DNA of 64,000 nucleotides from Oculina patagonica (Eukaryota): NCBI RefSeq assembly GCF_052425735.1, contig NC_135767.1, positions 5,456,001 to 5,520,000 of the forward strand, read 5' to 3'. Shown piece by piece: positions 39,601 to 53,118 of this stretch (position 1 is its first letter; each line of letters starts with the position of its first letter). The notes under the pieces were generated by a model. It saw only the letters and a program-made list of their open reading frames with translations, ran no database searches and was not told where the DNA came from. The position numbers and the translations under genes were made by a program.

Positions 39601-40196
39601 ACACAACGCACGCCATTTTGCTAAATCATGATTAAATGTAGATTTCCGTGTACATTTTCCAAAACGAAGCATTCGTTTGACTTCTTAATTTTCACATCAT
39701 GCAATAAGTAGAAAATGGCAAATTATCGTGAATAACCATTCGAACCTTGTGCGTTTGCTGATAATTCTACAAGCGAATTGAGCTTACAGTAATTTCCCGA
39801 GTGCTAACCTTTCGCTAAGAGTTCATTTCTCGTCCAACTTTCTCCGCGTTCTTCCAGGTCGAAAGAGCCACCGTAGAAACTCCCCGATGTGGTAGAACAC
39901 TCAGTAACATTATCACTATCCACTGAGTCTCTGCTATGATACTGGTCATAAATTTCAAACAAAAGACAGTCTACAATCGAAGCTTTCTTCTCAGCATTGA
40001 TCAGTTCACTGCGTTGTTTTTCGGGGTCAAATCCATGCGTTAATCCCACAGTTTCATTCGCACCGAAACCCCAATCAGAATCTTCACTTCTTGGACTTAA
40101 CGGACCCTCGTCATAACTACTCTCAGTGCTCACACTCTCTCGTTCTGTACTCCCTTGCCGTTCAAAATCCGAGTCATCGTCCTCTTGATCCGCCAT
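27847..40196 (-). CDS. TBC1D30: TBC1 domain family member 30-like Rab GTPase-activating protein, ~943 aa, 9 exons
   Basis: Phase-consistent GT-AG exons on minus: 40196-39809, 39412-39248, 36973-36912, 35951-35886, 35662-35543, 35075-34890, 34162-33819, 32693-32588, 29241-27847. Contains the TBC R-finger IVKDLHRTGC, the Q-finger VGYCQGFN, YFANNLRALSVDMAV, EPPLINVFTMQWFLTLFATCLP and APFPLPGLAELREQYTYNI, all recalled as TBC1D30-characteristic. Confidence 0.93.
30608..30767. repeat. Palindromic short element nested in the above
   Basis: ttattgactgagt...ggccggacgggaaaatatttggctc...gagccaaatattttccgtccggcc...actcagtcaataa forms a near-perfect hairpin. Confidence 0.8.
31632..31879. mobile_element. 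Nested MITE with 8-bp TSD ttcgaatc
   Basis: Ends ggtatccggacaactcgcccc / ggggcgagttgtctgacattc; TSD at 31624-31631 and 31880-31887. Confidence 0.85.
32895..33267. mobile_element. Tc1/mariner-type MITE (TA TSD); same family as 48699-49118 and 50447-50866
   Basis: ta|ccttaaggttaccattgttagc ... gctaacaatagtaaccctaagg|ta. Confidence 0.8.
37241..37772. mobile_element. hAT-like MITE with 6-bp TSD tggaca, nested in another repeat
   Basis: TIRs cagggttggaaa / tttccaaccctg; tggaca on both sides; the host repeat aligns with the uninterrupted copy near 22920-22960. Confidence 0.8.
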
Positions 40197-41059
40197 GTTT
40201 GAGGTCCGCTGACATCGACGACACGGCTCATTTGAAATTCATTGCGGCGCGCACAAATATAACAGTTGTGCGTTTGTTTACAAAACAACTCCAGATTAAA
40301 AATGTCCTCTGAACCTCCCGAGCTGAACGTTCTTGAGAAAATGTAATTACAATTTTTTGTGGTTCAGATAAAGTGCGAAAAAACCTCTGTAATGTATTTT
40401 TTTTTCGCAATAGTGGGGTTTTTAAGACGTAGAAAATGGTTCAACTCGTTTTGAAGAGATTTGATCTTTTGATCAGTGCAGGAAAATTGTTCGTGCGGAG
40501 ATTTGATCTTTTGATCACTGTAGGATTTCGTTGTAGAAAGCGATTGAAAACCGTGTTTCTTTAGTTGATTCATTTATTTGCTGAAAAATATTGGTTTGAT
40601 ACTTTTATTTACAGATTTTGCCGCTAAAAATAAAAACTGATTCCTGTTCAAAACCTCACTTCTTGGCGACTGGGGGAAGCCTGTGAAAAACTGATCAAAC
40701 AGAACCGTATGGAAGCATTGGATAACATTGGTAGAAAAAAGGTTTTTATTATCACAAAAGCGTCTTATTTTCAAAAGTTAAACATTCCGTTTTCTCCCTT
40801 TAAAACTGTATTGTTCGTTTGTTGCTACGTGTGTAGGCCATGTCAGACCATCTGATCACGCCATTTGACTAAAATCTTTATACGATAATTTGTTGCCCGG
40901 TAACCGATTCAATTTGCGGGCTATCTACGAGGGCTAATACACGATGAGTTTGAACGCAGACATCCTTCCTGCGTCCGCAGGAAGGAAAAGTAATTGTCTT
41001 TGCCATATTTTAATGTATTTAGAATTTTCCTCTCCATTGGTCACGCAAAAATTTAAAAA

Positions 41060-41910
41060 AATAAATCGGCATTTTTTTCGCCATTGTTTATACCATTTAT
41101 CGTTGTTGTTATCATTTTAAAATATGATTTTTATTTGTTCGTTATATTATTTCCAGCTCGTAAATGCATCGCAAAACAACAGTCACGGATCGCTTAATAT
41201 TTTATCAGGAAACCACGATTTTAGGGAAGTGGTCCAAGTGTACTCGAGCTCGACGAGGGCCCATCTTGTTTAGAACTAGCATTCTCAAAGGGGGAAAGGG
41301 AGGAAGAAATTGGGATAAAATTTTAAACTTTTGGAGACGGGGCAGCAGCTTTCAGCACATGGAGTTTTGAGATCGTTTAGGTAACTTGTGTGAACTGTGG
41401 TCGGTCGATGGTCTCCTGAAAGACAACCATCGACCGATGACGTCATCACCACTCGCATCAGGCTACGCGCTTCTCGAGGCAAAGGAAAAAATTAAATAAT
41501 AAATCGGCCCGATGCGGCAGCTTTTATTTTTTTTTCGCCACTGTGTATATCATTTATTGTTGCTGTTATCACTTTAAAATATGATTTTTATTAGTTCGTT
41601 ATATTATTTTTATTCGTAATTGCATCGACAAATAACAATCACGGAATGCTCAATATTTTAGCAGGAAACCACAATTTTGCATGAGGTTCAAATGTACTTG
41701 AGGAGTACCCACCTAGTTTAAGGGTGATCGAAAGGGGTAAAAAAACAATCCATAATTCAAAATTGAAAAGGGAGAGAGAAATTGGAATCAAAATTAAAAC
41801 TTTGGGGAGTCTTTGGAAAAAGACTTCGGGAAAACTTCGGGAACTCAGGATATCACTTAGGTACCTTTGTGTGAGCTGTTGTCGGTCGATGGCCTCCGAA
41901 GACTTCACCG
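41060..41910. repeat. Diverged tandem duplication (~440-480 bp period) upstream of TBC1D30
   Basis: ataaatcggc...ttttaaaatatgattttta...gtcggtcgatgg occurs at ~41061-41425 and again at ~41499-41905. Confidence 0.7.
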
Positions 41911-43071
41911 CGATCAAACGTCTCAGGCATTTTTTTTTCTATTTCGGTGATTTTCGTTTATATTAAGGGGACAAGTATGAGTTAGTATAGATAAAATAGT
42001 TGCTGAGTGTAAATATATTTTTATTCCCTCGAATAAGCAAGTATTTTTACTTTTTAGACGCTGCGCAACCCAACCAAATGCTTTGACAAATGGCGCCAAC
42101 AAGTCCGCATTTACCTGTTTTCAAACACGTAGACCTTTTTTCGGAAAGCTCCAAAAAACTTAGTAAACCATCAGAGTACCGGTACAGTATCGATCTTAAA
42201 ACAGTGAAAATAGAACCTTATGTACTTGTGAAGTACTCTGCTTGTTTTTTACACATCATATCGGACCGCGGTCGATCCCAAGACAACCATTCACCGATGA
42301 GCGATAGAATTCGATGGAAATTTACCTGTTATGAATTTAGACTCAGGCGTGGTTAAATTGGAACCTGCTTGAGGAAAATGACAATATCCAGGGGACCCTG
42401 CAAACCCGGGGGAAGGGGGAGGGTGGGGAGCTTCCTCGTAAGGAAAAAAAATTGAGTGCCCGCCCTGAGGTCCAAGCCCCTACCAATTCACATACCATTT
42501 TTGACGGAAGGGGTAGGGCATCTCTTTGTAATAATATATAAAATACTTAATGAATCGACCTTTAAGTTGGGTCTGTTCGAGATATTTTGAAAGGACCTTT
42601 CAAATACATTTTGACAGTTTTCCATACCGTTTAGTATACTCAAACTGCTGCTTTATGTTTGATCACATTAAAGACGCTTCCAAGTTGTCATTCCAATTTT
42701 AGTAGTTTAGAGTAGGAATTTAAGAAAAGGCGATATAAAATCATTCATGCCATATGCAACATATTGTTTCTTTTGAAAGTCTACTCACGATACTTGACTA
42801 GAAATTTGAGCTAATTGGCAAAGAAAAAAGAGAATCTTTTTTACCCCAAGGGCAACGGAATCTTTCAAAACAGATCTTATTTTCACACTTGTGCATTAAT
42901 TTTTTCAAAAGGGATATAAACCCCGCAGTTTTAACGCGAAATTTTTAGCATGATGGTTCTCTGATCTTAGTTTGTATTCTCAACAGTTAAGGCTAGTTGT
43001 GATCCAAACGTTTGAAAATTATCTAAGCGAATTGGCTGAGATGCGTTTTGACAACGCGAATGCAGCTTTAT

Positions 43072-43292
43072 AGAGGCCCCATTAGGGGTTTTAGGGATAC
43101 GGGATATTTGGGGAAAAATTATAGGGATACAGGATATTTCAGGGAAAACTTATAGGGATATGGGATATTAAGAAAAGAGATCGTGGGATATCGAACTTCA
43201 AAGTTTTTCAGGAATTAATGGATACGGGATATTTAGGCCAAAATTAATGGGATACGGGATACTCGGACCCCCCCCCCCCCCTATTGGGCCTC
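43072..43292. mobile_element. MITE with internal gggatacgggatat repeats
   Basis: Ends agaggccccattaggg / ccctattgggcctct. Confidence 0.65.
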
Positions 43293-43339
43293 TTTATATA
43301 ATTTAAACGAAAAGAAGAACACACACAGCCAGTCAGACT

Positions 43340-43696
43340 TCGGCTTATAAGCAAACCTTTATTCATCCTTGAAAAGCTATGAATATACATAAATCAAGGA
43401 CACAAATTACCATTATTTTAATAAGCTTTTTAACCAAATATTTCAACAGGAGAATTCCAATTCAGCAGAGCCGGTTTATATGGAGTCCTGTCTAACTATT
43501 TATTACTGAGGAAATATTGAAAATACAAGTTCAAAAATATACTTGAAAACTTATGTTTAAAAAAGGTTACTTGTTGCTAGTATCGCAATTACTTCACTTA
43601 ATTGTACAAACTAAGGCTAAAAACGAAAGTTGAACACAAGGACCAAGTACATTTTCCAAAGGAAATCCTGTGTTCCATGTTGATGCAGCTTGGTAG
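43340..43696 (-). other. Probable non-coding terminal exon (3' UTR) of the peptide-precursor gene, with AATAAA at 43363-43358
   Basis: Donor g|gtgtga one base after the stop codon; acceptor ctctttttcctcag| at 43697; downstream AATAAA. Confidence 0.55.
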
Positions 43697-44399
43697 CTGA
43701 GGAAAAAGAGGCAAAATACAGTTAACGTTATTAGTGAAGCAAAGTAATTAACTGTAACTACTCTAGCCAATCACAAACGACACAGACAATCCAGTGATCC
43801 AATCAAAACTCGAAGCAAATGCATGTAGCCGGCGCGAAGCGCGGGAAAACGTGCGTGCGCGAGTCACGATTGGTTTTGGTTTTTGTTCTGAATGACTGAG
43901 AAAGTGGCGCGAGATTTTTAAACCAATCACTAAGCGTAGTAATGCAAAACTAAAGCAAACGCAAATTACTTTCGATACTCAAGTGAAAACCGCTCTAGTA
44001 AGGCTTTTAGTAAATTAAGTTCAAGTCTGTAGCTATTATTAATCTAGCGGGACTCTCAGCTTAATGGTCGCCACGAAGACTGACAATTAAAGGACACTAT
44101 TTTCAATTACTGTAAAAGATTAGATTCTTTGTGGCGTCCAAATTTTAAATAACCGCCACCCTCGAATAAGCGCCGCACTTGAGGCGCGAAAAATTTAATA
44201 AGCGCCCCGGCGCTTTTTCGAGTAAATACGGTACTTGTTCGATCTTTTTTGCACTGTGGAATCTTTTTATCAAATTTATTTGTTTATTTTGTGGCATTGA
44301 TAATGAGGAAAGGGAAGTTTTGTTAATCAGCCCTCGAGACACCGTGCCTTTAAGATTGGGGAAGGTCATTTAGATCTAGTATGAGCCTCTAGTCACACC

Positions 44400-47300
44400 T
44401 TATGCAGTTGGACTGCAGTTGCCCGAGTTGCATTCACCAGCTGATCCACACATCTCGGTGCAAAGTAAAGCATCACCACACGGGCAGCCAGGTCCAAAAC
44501 CCGGACAGTCGTCACAAATTTCGTCTGTAAAAAGGAATTCAAAATTAAACGACAAACATCAGAAATATACTACTTCTGTCTTCTGGGGTTGAAGTAACCT
44601 TTGCAACAAGCAAAATGGGAAACGTTCTGATGGACCCCTGGTGGTTCTTTAAAGAGCCTCTTAGTGATTTTGGACCGGAACGGAACACGTTTTTTTTCTG
44701 TTATATTGTATATTCCGCCATCCTGTACGTAATTACACCCTATCCCCTATTAGCGTCCAGTCGCTCACTATCGGGGATTTCGCAGATTTTTGGTCTAAAC
44801 TGTTCTGAAATTAGTGGTAGGCAACTGATATTTGAACATCTAAAGTAAAATGACAGGTAAAATTTGCGGAGAGAACTCCGTCAAAGCATGGCTATAAATG
44901 TCGATTTTTTGAAGACGCGCGGAAACAACTTAGAGGGTTTAGCGTCAATTTTTCAAGTTGTAATCCATTTCCATCCTAGCCATCCGCAATCAAAGATGCT
45001 TGTTGACAGTTTCAGTGCTCTAATATAGCAATTGTTAATAAAAATGGACCATTATTTTTCGGTTTCCTACGACATAAATATATATTTTGCTGTTCAAATT
45101 CGCTAAAACTGAGTTGCTCTGTTATCTTGTATTTTAAGACATTCCATATTTGAGACTGTAACCTACTTCCTCTCTTCAACAAATCAGAAGTGGTTCTCTT
45201 CTTTTTACCTGGATAAAAAAACAAACAAACAAGGAGATATCTGTTTAGAGTAAGGATCAAGCTACAAGACATTTCTAAATCAACATAAACCTAAAATGAA
45301 GCAATGGTCAAGTCCATGATACTAGTATCATGAGAAACGCATGCACGGAATACGCTACTAAATGTCGGCAGTCTTATTATTATTATTTTCTTTTTTTTTA
45401 AAAAAAATTATGTCCTTGTGTCTGGGGAAAAACGCTATATACTATTACAGCTTGCTCCGAAAACTTTTACCAATTCTTGAATTCGAGAATTTCCTTTTGT
45501 CGTGGCACAAAAGTGGTTATGATTTTAGTTCGGTGTGCTATTCTAGCTTTAAACCTGGACATAAAATTACATCTTCGGTTTTACTTGAAGAGGTTTAAAC
45601 GTGACAAACGTCACAATAAACGGCGATTTGCCAGTAATGGCGTAATTCCATCTTCCTCCAATACAGTAAAAACCCGCGAGTAAGGACCTATTGTTTTTCA
45701 GATTAGCCCAAACAGGTTCTTACATAAAGGGTTATTAACACAAATTTAGGCTAATTAGGTTCTTGATAGGTTCTTAATTTCTGAGGAAAAATTTCAATGT
45801 TGTTAAATAGAGATTTTAGTGGTATTGAGCCTTTTTCTTGTATAAAATTTGCATTACATTGCATCTGGGGTAATAAGGCTTCTAGGTTACGTATCTCCAA
45901 AGAGGATCCAGAGTGTTATCTTAATCATATTTCCCAAAAGTAAACAACTTTATTTAATCAATTTTAGAAAATAAGAGCCTGTTTTCAAATTTTAGGCTAA
46001 ATAGGTTCTTATTAAATGGTATCTAATTTGCAAATTTAGCTTAACAGGTTCTTAAATGTTAGGTTCTTACTTGCGGGTTTTTACTGTATCCCTGATAAGT
46101 TTTAAAAGAATCTATGACCAAAATTCAGAGAACTCAAGCTTCTCAAAATAACACCTTGACAAAAAATTTTGCTATTAAATTTATTAATAACCAAGAGTTT
46201 AAAATTGTTTCTACAGGTCATATATCATAAAAATTTGCATACCACAGTTGCTAGCGGTGCATTCTCCAGTGTGACAACCCTCGCTCTTGCAAATCTCGTA
46301 AGCGTCACAACCACAGCCGGGGCCAAACCCTGAACAGTCTGGGCAATCATTGGCTGTGAAAACGAGAACAAAAACCAAACTTTAACAAGTTTTAACAACC
46401 CCTCCCCTTCTTGCTCACTTTAGATTTCTTACATGTTTTTTCTTAAGTTTTCAGTGTTTAAATAATGTCAAAGTTTTTTGTTCAAGAACAGGTTTATTAA
46501 GTAAAGGGCTTTTGCAGCTGACAGTTATAAATCTTTAGGGGCTAGGTCACGGTATTTTAGGTAATTCTATTTTTTTCGTTAAATAAAAGCTGTAAACTTC
46601 AAATTGGCAGAGCAAAAGTCATTAATGGGCAAAATCACGGCCACATAACAAAAAAGGATGGTTTTTGAGCATTGTAAATGACACTTTCATACAAATTGAG
46701 ATAAACTTAAAAAAAGTCGGGCCAACGTTTTTTTTACGTTTACCCGAACGCAATCCGTTTTAATCTTCTCAAATTTTGCCCATCCTTGCCCCTTTTTGGC
46801 CTTTCTGTGTTTCTTTTGAGTTATTCTACAGTTTTAAGCCGTTATTGTGATATTTCAGTTAATTCTATGAAAAGTTGGTCAGTGCCGAAGTTGCCTAAAA
46901 TTGCGTGACATAGCCCCTTTCATCCCACGCATCCAGACCCTCAGCATTCGAATCTGGCTTGATTGTGTAAAGTGTTTCTCTGCCTAGATTAGGTTATCTT
47001 TTGAGCAGGATCGATTCTATATTATATGACTTACGTTCTCTCTTTTTCAAAAAGTCAGCCATTGTTCTTTTCCTTTTACCTGAAAACAAAACCAGACAAA
47101 TAACGACAACTGAAAAACATCGTAACTTGCAATTGACAACTGTGAAGAATAGTTGCACTTTTCTTGCTACTTGCAATGCAACATTTTTTGCATTGTAGAT
47201 TGATAAAATTGGGTGCTACCGCTTTTTGCAACTGGATGCAACGATTGCTGCATTGCATATTGCCAGCAAAATTGCGTCATGGAAATATGGCCTTCAGAGG

Positions 47301-47763
47301 TTCACTAATTAAACTATCACAATAAAGAATCAAAGATATGAATTATTAAGTTACAATGTTCTGTACAATTTCAAACAATTTAGAACAATGATTTTGGTTA
47401 CAGTGGAAAGAATCAAAACATCTTCTTTTAAAACTGTATATCAAATAGTATGTAAAATTGTTTTTACAGGTCATATAGCATAAAAATTTCTTCCCATAAG
47501 CATTAGATCTGCCTGCACTAAAAGTGATTTTAAACAGAAACTTAAGACATTTTTATTTAGCAAGGCATTTTGTTAGTTTATATTAAGATTTTTTTTATAT
47601 ATAGTTTTCTGCAAATTTTTTTTCTTATCGCCAATTGTAAATAGTGTAGGTTTCGTTTTTAATTTTCTAAAGATTGTAAATAGGTTCTTATTTTTGTATC
47701 TATTGTGATGTTTGTAATGCGCATTTGATTATTTTATAGCAAATGCGCAATATAAATATTAAA

Positions 47764-47819
<56 letters not shown>

Positions 47820-50800
47820 GGTCATATAGCATAAAAATTTGCGTACCACAGTTGCTAGCGGTGCATTCTCCAGTGTGACAACCCTCGCTCTTGCAAATCT
47901 CGTAAGCGTCACAACCACAGCCGGGGCCAAACCCTGCACAGTCTGGGCAATCATTGGCTGTAAACGCGAGAACAAACACAAACACATTGAATACTGTAAT
48001 GTTCAACGCTGGAAAGTTCAATGTAAGAACTAAAAGTTTCGGCAGTGCTGCCTTCATTAGTAGTAAAAAGTGAAAATGTCGTTGCTCACGTATGCGAAAA
48101 AACGATAGAAATTAATTTCAATTAATTTCATTTCATTTCACAAAGGTTACCATTTTCTTTTGTTTTTAAACAACCCTGATTTTCTCGAAATCTAGATTGA
48201 CTCTTGGTATTTATTTTTTGATTTGTTAAAGTATAGTAGATTGACTAGCTGTTGACAAAATTTTAGAAAAATCTGTAAGAGCGTTTTCAAGTAAATCAAG
48301 AATGAATTTTTCAGAAATATCCCGTTTTAATATGAAATAGGCGCTTTTTTAAAGCATGCGAAACTAGCTTGATTGTGTCACGTTTTTCTCTGTCTACATA
48401 AGGTTATCTTTTGACCTGGATCGATTCTACATTATATGACTCACGTTCTCTTTTCGGCAAATAGCCAGCCATCTCTCTTTTCCTTTTTCCTGAAAAAGAA
48501 ACCAGACAAATATATAACGACCACTGAAAACATTGTAAGATGCGATTAACAACTGTGAAGGATAGTAGCACTTTTCTTGCTACTCACAACGTAACTTTTT
48601 TGCATTGTAGTTTGATAAAATGAGGTGCTATCGTTTTTGCAACTGGATGCAACGATTGCTGCGTTGCAAATTGCAAGGAAAATTGCGTCATGTAAATACC
48701 TAAAGGTTACTATTGTTAGCGGCTACTAATTTTAGCGAATTTAGCGAGTTGGGCAAAAATCGCTAAATTTAGTACTCGCTAAAATTTGTCTCGATCAAAT
48801 TTAATACTCATAAATTTTATGTACCCCCCTCCCACCCTTTCGGGAAGCAAAATTAAGCATAGTCGACTTGAAAAATTCTTTTAAAAATAGATGCTGGTAG
48901 CTTTGTTCTTTCTGTCAATGCAAATGTTCGTTCAATTTCAAGTGAGTTTGTTCTTTTATTGAACATTTATTTCCATCTTAGCTATATGTTCATTAAAAAC
49001 TGGTTTACACGATATCACTAACTTTTTAAATTTTTCGGACAATCGCTAAATTAAATAGTCGCTTAATCTTGCTCCAAAAAACAAAAATTAGTAGCCGCTA
49101 AAAATAGTAACCTTAAGCTATGGCCTTAAGAGGGCGCACATTATACGAAATATAGTACTTAACTGGTCACTAATTAAATCATCACAATAAAGACCAATAA
49201 AGAATCTAAGACATGAATTATTTAGTAACAATGTTGTGTACGATTTCAAAGAATTTGGAATAATGATTTTGGTTACAGTGGGAAGTACCAAAACATCTTT
49301 TTTAAATGACTATGTATCAAATATTATGTAAAATTGTTTCTACAGGTCATATAGCATAAACATTTGCATACCACAGTTGCTAGCGGTGCATTCTCCAGTG
49401 TGACAACCCTCGCTCTTGCAAATCTCGTAAGCGTCACAACCACAGCCGGGGCCAAACCCTGCACAGTCTGGGCAATCATTGGCTGTAAACACGAGAACAA
49501 ATACAAACACATTGAATACTGTAATGTTCAACGCTGGAAAGTTCAATGCAAGAACTAAAAGTTTCGGCAGTGCTGCCTTCATTAGTAGTAAAAAGTGAAA
49601 ATGTCGTTGCTCACGTATGCGAAAAAACGATAGAAATTAATTTCAATTAATTTCATTTCATTTCACAAAGGTTACCATTTTCTTTTGTTTTTAAACAACC
49701 CTGATTTTCTCGAAATCTAGATTGACCCTTGGTATTTTTTTTTTGATTTGTAAAAGTATAGTAGATTGACTAGCTGTTGACAAAATTTTAGAAAAATCTG
49801 TAAGAGTGTTTTCAAGTAAATCAAGAATGAATTTTTCAGAAATATCCCGTTTTAATATGAAATAGGCGCTTTTTTAAAGCATGCGAAACTAACTTGATTG
49901 TGTCACGTTTTTCTCTGTCTACATAAGCCTGGTTTTCACTAGCGACGCAAGCACAAGCGCAAGAATAACAGCTCTTATTTCACCGTGAAAACGGGTTCGA
50001 CTCGAGCAAAAGTACGAGCGCATTGCAGTTTTATGCTAGTGCTTGTGCTTGCGGCAAGGACAAGAAGAAGGATCAAAATTTGTCCTTTTTGCGTGATTGC
50101 GCTTATGCTTGCGCTTGCGCTTGCGTGGCTAGTGAAAACCAGGCTATAAGGTTATCTTTTGAGCTGGATCGATTCTACATTATATGACTCACGTTCTCTT
50201 TTCGGCAAATAGCCAGCCATCTCTCTTTTCCTTTTTCCTGAAAAAGAAACCAGACAAATATATAACGACCACTGAAAACATTGTAAGATGCGATTAACAA
50301 CTGTGAAGAATAGTAGCACTTTTCTTGCTACTCACAACGTAACTTTTTTGCATTGTAGTTTGATAAAATGAGGTGCTATCGTTTTTGCAACTGGATGCAA
50401 CGATTGCTGCGTTGCAAATTGCAAGGAAAGTTGCGTCATGTAAATACCTAAAGGTTACTATTGTTGGCGGCTACTAATTTTAGCGAATTTAGCGAGTTGG
50501 GCAAAAATCGCTAAATTTAGTACTCGCTAAAATTTGTCTCGATCAAATTTAATACTCATAAATTTTATGTACCCCCCTCCCACCCTTTTGGGAAACAAAA
50601 TTCAGCATAGTCGACTTGAAAAATTCTCTTAAAAATAGATGCTGGTAGCTTTGTTCTTTCTGTCAATGCAAATGTTCGTTCAATATCAAGTGAGTTTGTT
50701 CTTTTATTGAACATTTATTTCCATCTTAGCTATATGTTCATTAAAAACTGGTTTACACGATATCACTAACTTTTTAAATTTTTCGGACAATCGCTAAATT

Positions 50801-52861
50801 AAATAGTCGCTTAATCTTGCTCCAAAAAACAAAAATTAGTAGCCGCTAAAAATAGTAACCTTAAGCTATGGCCTTAAGAGGGCGCACATTATACGAAATA
50901 TAGTACTTAACTGGTCACTAATTAAATCATCACAATAAAGACCAATAAAGAATCTAAGACATGAATTATTTAGTAACAATGTTGTGTACGATTTCAAAGA
51001 ATTTGGAATAATGATTTTGGTTACAGTGGGAAGTACCAAAACATCTTTTTTAAATGACTATGTATCAAAAAGTATGTAAAATTGTTTCTACACGTCATAT
51101 AGCATAAACATTTGCATACCACAGTTGCTAGCGGTGCATTCTCCAGTGTGACAACCCTCGCTCTTGCAAATCTCGTAAGCGTCACAACCACAGCCGGGGC
51201 CAAACCCTGCACAGTCTGGGCAATCATTGGCTGTGAACACGAAAGTAAAAAAAGAAGTCCACTTTAGCTTTCTTATTATGTTTGTTCTTAAGTTTTCAGT
51301 GTTTGAATAATGTCAAAGTTTTTTCTTCAAAAACATATGTCTGATCTATTAACGGGACTGTGGCACGACTGAGTTAAGTTTATTATATTAAGATTTGCCA
51401 AATACTTGCTATGACGTAATGCTTGCAAAGAAATTACTTCTATGGACGGAAATGACAAACCCATAGCTTCATTGCAATAACCAAATGTGTCTCCCGGGCG
51501 TTATAATTTAAGTTACAAGCAAACGAGATTAACTTTGAAAACTGTTCATCCCAAAAATATTTCAAAAACCCATATCGCAATCCGTCTCAATCTTCGTCAA
51601 TTTTTCTTTTCAGTATTTGCTGTGTCATTGAAATGTTCCTTCGCTGTTAAAAAAAAGTTATTTTTATATCTCACCGAAAGTTTTCGTCATTTCCTTTGCC
51701 TTTTGTTCATGTTGGCTAAAATCCGTGACACAGTCCCTTTTAGGGGGAGGGATGAGGATGTCGCGGCCTCCCCCTCCCTCCCCCTCCAGGTACATTTTGT
51801 TTGCGTTAAATTTCACAGCTGACAGTTATAATTTTTACCGATTGTAACAGTTTAATCCGATGCCTCCAGACCCTCAGCATTCGAATCTGGCTTGATTGTG
51901 TCAAGTTTTTCTCTGCCTAGATTTGGTTATCTTTTCAGCAGGATCAATTCTATATTATATGGCTTACGTTCTCTCTTTGGCAAAAAGTCAGCCATCTCTC
52001 TTTTTCTTTTACCTGAAAACAAAACCAGACAAATAACAACCACTGAAAAACATCGTAACTTGCAATTGACAACTGTGAAGGATAGTTGCACTTTTCTTGC
52101 TACTTGCAACGCACCTTTTTTTGCATTGTTGATTGATAAAATGGGGTTGCTATTGCTTTTTGCAACTGGATGCAACGATTGCTGCGTTGCAAATTGCCAG
52201 GAAAATTGCGTCATGTAAATATGGCCTTAAGAGGGTGCACATCAAAAGAGATAAAATGTTTAAGTTGTCACTAGTAAAATAAACACAATATAGAATCTAA
52301 TCCATGAATTATTAAGTAACATTATTATACATTGGTGTCACCAGCTTGATTTTGATTGGCTATAAGCACGCAGCTAATTCTTGCTTGCTGTTTCTCTTAC
52401 GTCATACCTACAGACATTAGATTTTACATATGTAGAAGTGACGTCATACCTACAGACAATAGTTTTATGCATGCAGAAGCGACGAAAGGTTGTAACCTTA
52501 TAAAAGTATATTTTGTGCGCGCTCTTGTCTTTACAAGTGCAGCTCAGGAATGTGCATAATAAAACAATTATTGGATTCGGTTTTCGCATGATAGCGATAA
52601 TTATCAAGGCCTCAGTTTCTGTTATCCGCCTCAGCCTTCGGCTTCGGCAGATAACAGAGACTTTAGCCTTGATAATTATCGCTATCATGCTCAACCTCAT
52701 CCAATAATTGTTAAATGTTGTGTTCGATTTCAAAAAATTTAGAATAATGATTTTGGTTACATTAGTTTTGGTTACATTTTGGTTAGATGTCCAAAATTAG
52801 TTGAGGGTACTTTTCCTCTTAGCTAAACATTTTCGACATGTTAATAAAGTTATTATTATTA

Positions 52862-52919
<58 letters not shown>

Positions 52920-52968
52920 AGTGGTAAGAAACAAAACAACTTCATTTAAAACCATGTATCAAATAAGT

Positions 52969-53021
<53 letters not shown>

Positions 53022-53079
53022 CAAAATCGGCCGAGCGCGCAGCGCGAGGACGATTTGAAATTACGAGTACGATTACTCT

Positions 53080-53118
<39 letters not shown>

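Larger units (their letters stand above)
47821..51235. repeat. Recent intragenic tandem duplication of a ~1525-bp module+spacer unit
   Basis: 47821-49345 and 49346-51095 are almost identical, introns included, apart from a 220-bp MITE in the second copy. Confidence 0.92.

Noticed and set aside
47734-49582. ORFs MKAALPKLLVL...ANDCPDC as stand-alone single-exon secreted peptide genes
   Set aside because: The hydrophobic N-terminus is translated intron/polypyrimidine tract, present in only two copies; splice sites bound the Cys module in all eight copies. Intron-retained use is not excluded but is unsupported.
52801-53007. Poly-Ile ORF as a membrane peptide
   Set aside because: It is the (ATT)n microsatellite tail of a retroelement fragment, following an AATAAA.
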